Shown here one piece after another: positions 26,854 through 28,383 of a stretch of DNA of 28,383 nucleotides. The notes under the pieces are model-generated. The model was not told where the DNA came from. It was given only the letters and a program-made list of their open reading frames with translations, and made no database searches. How positions within the stretch are numbered: the first letter of the stretch is position 1; every line of letters begins with the position of its first letter. Both the position numbers and the translations under genes were made by a program. Source of the stretch: an uncultured delta proteobacterium (GTDB lineage: Bacteria > Desulfobacterota > Syntrophobacteria > BM002); assembly GCA_963712115.1 (NCBI GenBank), contig CAVQGX010000059.1, forward strand, positions 1 through 28,383, given 5' to 3'.

Positions 26854-26893
26854 AAAAAACCCCGGCCGGGCATCGCCCGTCGGGGTTTTTTTT
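26854..26893. terminator. Bidirectional intrinsic terminator after pilQ
   Basis: AAAAAACCCCGGCCGGGC-ATC-GCCCGTCGGGGTTTTTTTT. Confidence 0.9.
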
Positions 26894-26921
26894 GTTTGGA
26901 GTGATGGAGTGATGAAGATTT

Positions 26922-27123
26922 TAGATTCTAGATTGAAGATTGCAGAGAGGCCAAAGGCTCATGGCGAAGGCCAAGGCAAAAACCTTGTAGTCAGTAGTCG
27001 AGAAAAACTCTATTGTGATTGCCTTTCTCCTGCATTCTGGATGTCCGGCTCCTTAATTCTAGCTGACTTCCGATCTCCGATCTCTGACCTGTGACTCTAT
27101 GCTCTATGCTCTATGCTCAATGC
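26922..27123 (-). repeat. Family A intergenic element copy 3 (inverted)
   Basis: Reverse complement reads (GCATAGA)n-GTCACAGGTCAGAGATCGGAGATCGG...CCAGAATGCAGGAGAAAGGCAATCACAATAGAGTTTTTCTCGACTAC...TTTTGCCTTG. Confidence 0.88.
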
Positions 27124-27171
27124 CTTTATTAAATCTAAAATATGCAATCTACAATCTGAAATGCTTCCAGC

Positions 27172-27936
27172 TCACTTCCCTAGGGCTCTCAGGTAGCGCA
27201 GTGCCTCCTGGGCTCTGTCCGAGCCAGGATCTAGCCTTATCACCTTGTCGAAAGATTCGATGGCCTTCTGCCTTTCGCCACTCTTGTAAAGAAGTTTTCC
27301 CAGGTTCAGATATGCATCAACGTACTCCGGGTTGACCTCCAATGCTTTTTCATAGGCGTCTTCTGGCCTTAGACGTACTGCCCCAGCCCCTCGTACACCT
27401 GCCCCAAAATATTGTAAGCAGCCACAAAGTCAGGGACGAGCTGTATGGCTTCTTCCAGATGTGCTTTTGCCTTCTGGTACTCTTTGAGGCTCATATAGGC
27501 GATGCCAAGGTGATAATGAGCGTCTTGCGGTTTGGTCGAGGAGATTTTCTAGGGCTTTGTTGTAGGCTTCAATGGCTTGGTTCACCTTGCCTTGACGAAA
27601 ATAAATAACACCGAGATAATTGTACGCGTCTGAATAGTCCGGCTTCAGTGCAATGGCTTCTTTAAGATGGTGTTCCGCCTTATCAAGCACCTCCTTCCTG
27701 TCGTAGGTCAACGCCAGAACGTAGTGCAGGTATGGATCATCCGGGTTCATTTCCAGAGCTTTGAGATACTGCTCCAGCGCTTTACTAGTATCATTCCTTG
27801 CCAGGTACCTATCCCCCAAATCACGGGCTGCTCGCGCCTGTCTCTGCCTAAAAGCTTTATCAGTGGCGCAACCAGTAACAAACAAAGCTACAACTAATGT
27901 CAAGCCTACCATTCGCCATCTATTCTGCGGTCTCAA
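27172..27936 (-). pseudogene. TPR lipoprotein, PilF/PilW/Tgl-like pilotin; frameshifted (pseudogene or sequence error)
   Basis: SD AAGGAGG + TTG, lipobox FVTGC, TPRs. Frame shifts at ~27531 (continues PQDAHYHLGIAY...AAYNILGQVYEGLGQY) and returns at ~27365-27374 (EDAYEKALEVNPEYVDAYLNLG...LRALGK*, stop 27172-27174). Confidence 0.85.
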
Positions 27937-27948
27937 TCCAACCCTCCT

Positions 27949-28104
27949 TAGCCCGGATATTTCATCAATTCACGCCTTGGCGTGACTGCGACCACGGGTA
28001 TTGCCGTGCCCGCCCGCCTCGCCTGAGCGAGCAGGCTTGCGATGGCGGGCAGGCACGCCCATCTTCGCGGTCTCGCGACAGCAATTCATGAAATATCCGG
28101 GCTA
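27949..28104. mobile_element. MITE-like element with terminal inverted repeats
   Basis: TAGCCCGGATATTTCAT (27949-27965) and ATGAAATATCCGGGCTA (28088-28104) form a perfect 17-bp IR, extendable to 21/22; the outer TA may be a target duplication; no transposase-sized ORF inside. Confidence 0.8.
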
Positions 28105-28176
28105 GCTATCAGCGGCTAGCGACATGTGGGAACTTTGGTACCAAGGTCCCCTACTGCATGCCTGAAGATTTGGTTG

Positions 28177-28205
28177 AGTCTAATTGCGACGCCACCTTTT
28201 GTCAA
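28177..28205 (-). promoter_or_regulatory. Putative sigma70 promoter of the TPR lipoprotein gene
   Basis: TTGACA-N17-TAGACT. Confidence 0.65.
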
Positions 28206-28217
28206 TGAGGAAGCAAG

Positions 28218-28365
28218 ATGGAGTACTGGAGTATTGGAGTAATGGAGTGGTGGAAGGCTGAGGACTTTTGATTGAAGATTGCAGAGTTGGGAAGGCATAG
28301 GGCATGGAGCATGGGGCATAGAGTGAAAGGCACATTTCGAATTTGGAATTGCGAATTGCGGAGTG
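28218..28365 (+). repeat. Octamer/heptamer arrays (left arms of another composite element)
   Basis: TGGAGTAC TGGAGTAT TGGAGTAA TGGAGTGG; GATTGAAGATTGCAGA; (GGCATRG)x4; GAATTTG GAATTGC GAATTGC. Confidence 0.8.
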
Positions 28366-28383
28366 AAGAGAAGCGAAAGGCTC

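Noticed and set aside
19130-28319. Small ORFs 19130-19372, 26909-27094, 27099-27335, 27897-28091 and 28116-28319
   Set aside because: They are translations of repeat arrays or the MITE, or antisense to real genes.

Overview
Chromosomal window that looks deltaproteobacterial (Desulfobacterota-like; inferred from gene content). It carries a partial waaA, then a ~18 kb nitrogen/glutamate cluster: glnD with a degenerate nucleotidyltransferase motif, a three-gene split glutamate synthase, a KaiC-like/XRE/cupin regulator, an RpiR regulator divergent from a glutamine-synthetase-like gene and a KamA-family radical-SAM aminomutase, a second stand-alone FMN glutamate-synthase subunit behind an ANTAR RNA attenuator, and a GAF-ANTAR protein. 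lepB, pilMNO-pilQ (no pilP) and a frameshifted PilF/PilW-like TPR lipoprotein follow. Best candidates for new biology: (1) the GS-like + aminomutase pair, whose substrate-binding residues both deviate from the characterised enzymes in a way compatible with a beta-glutamate/beta-glutamine pathway; (2) intergenic elements built from inverted 7-9-mer repeat arms that fill most spacers, one of which encloses a four-helix-bundle (IVS-protein-like) pseudogene. All calls come from reading motifs by eye; no searches were run.
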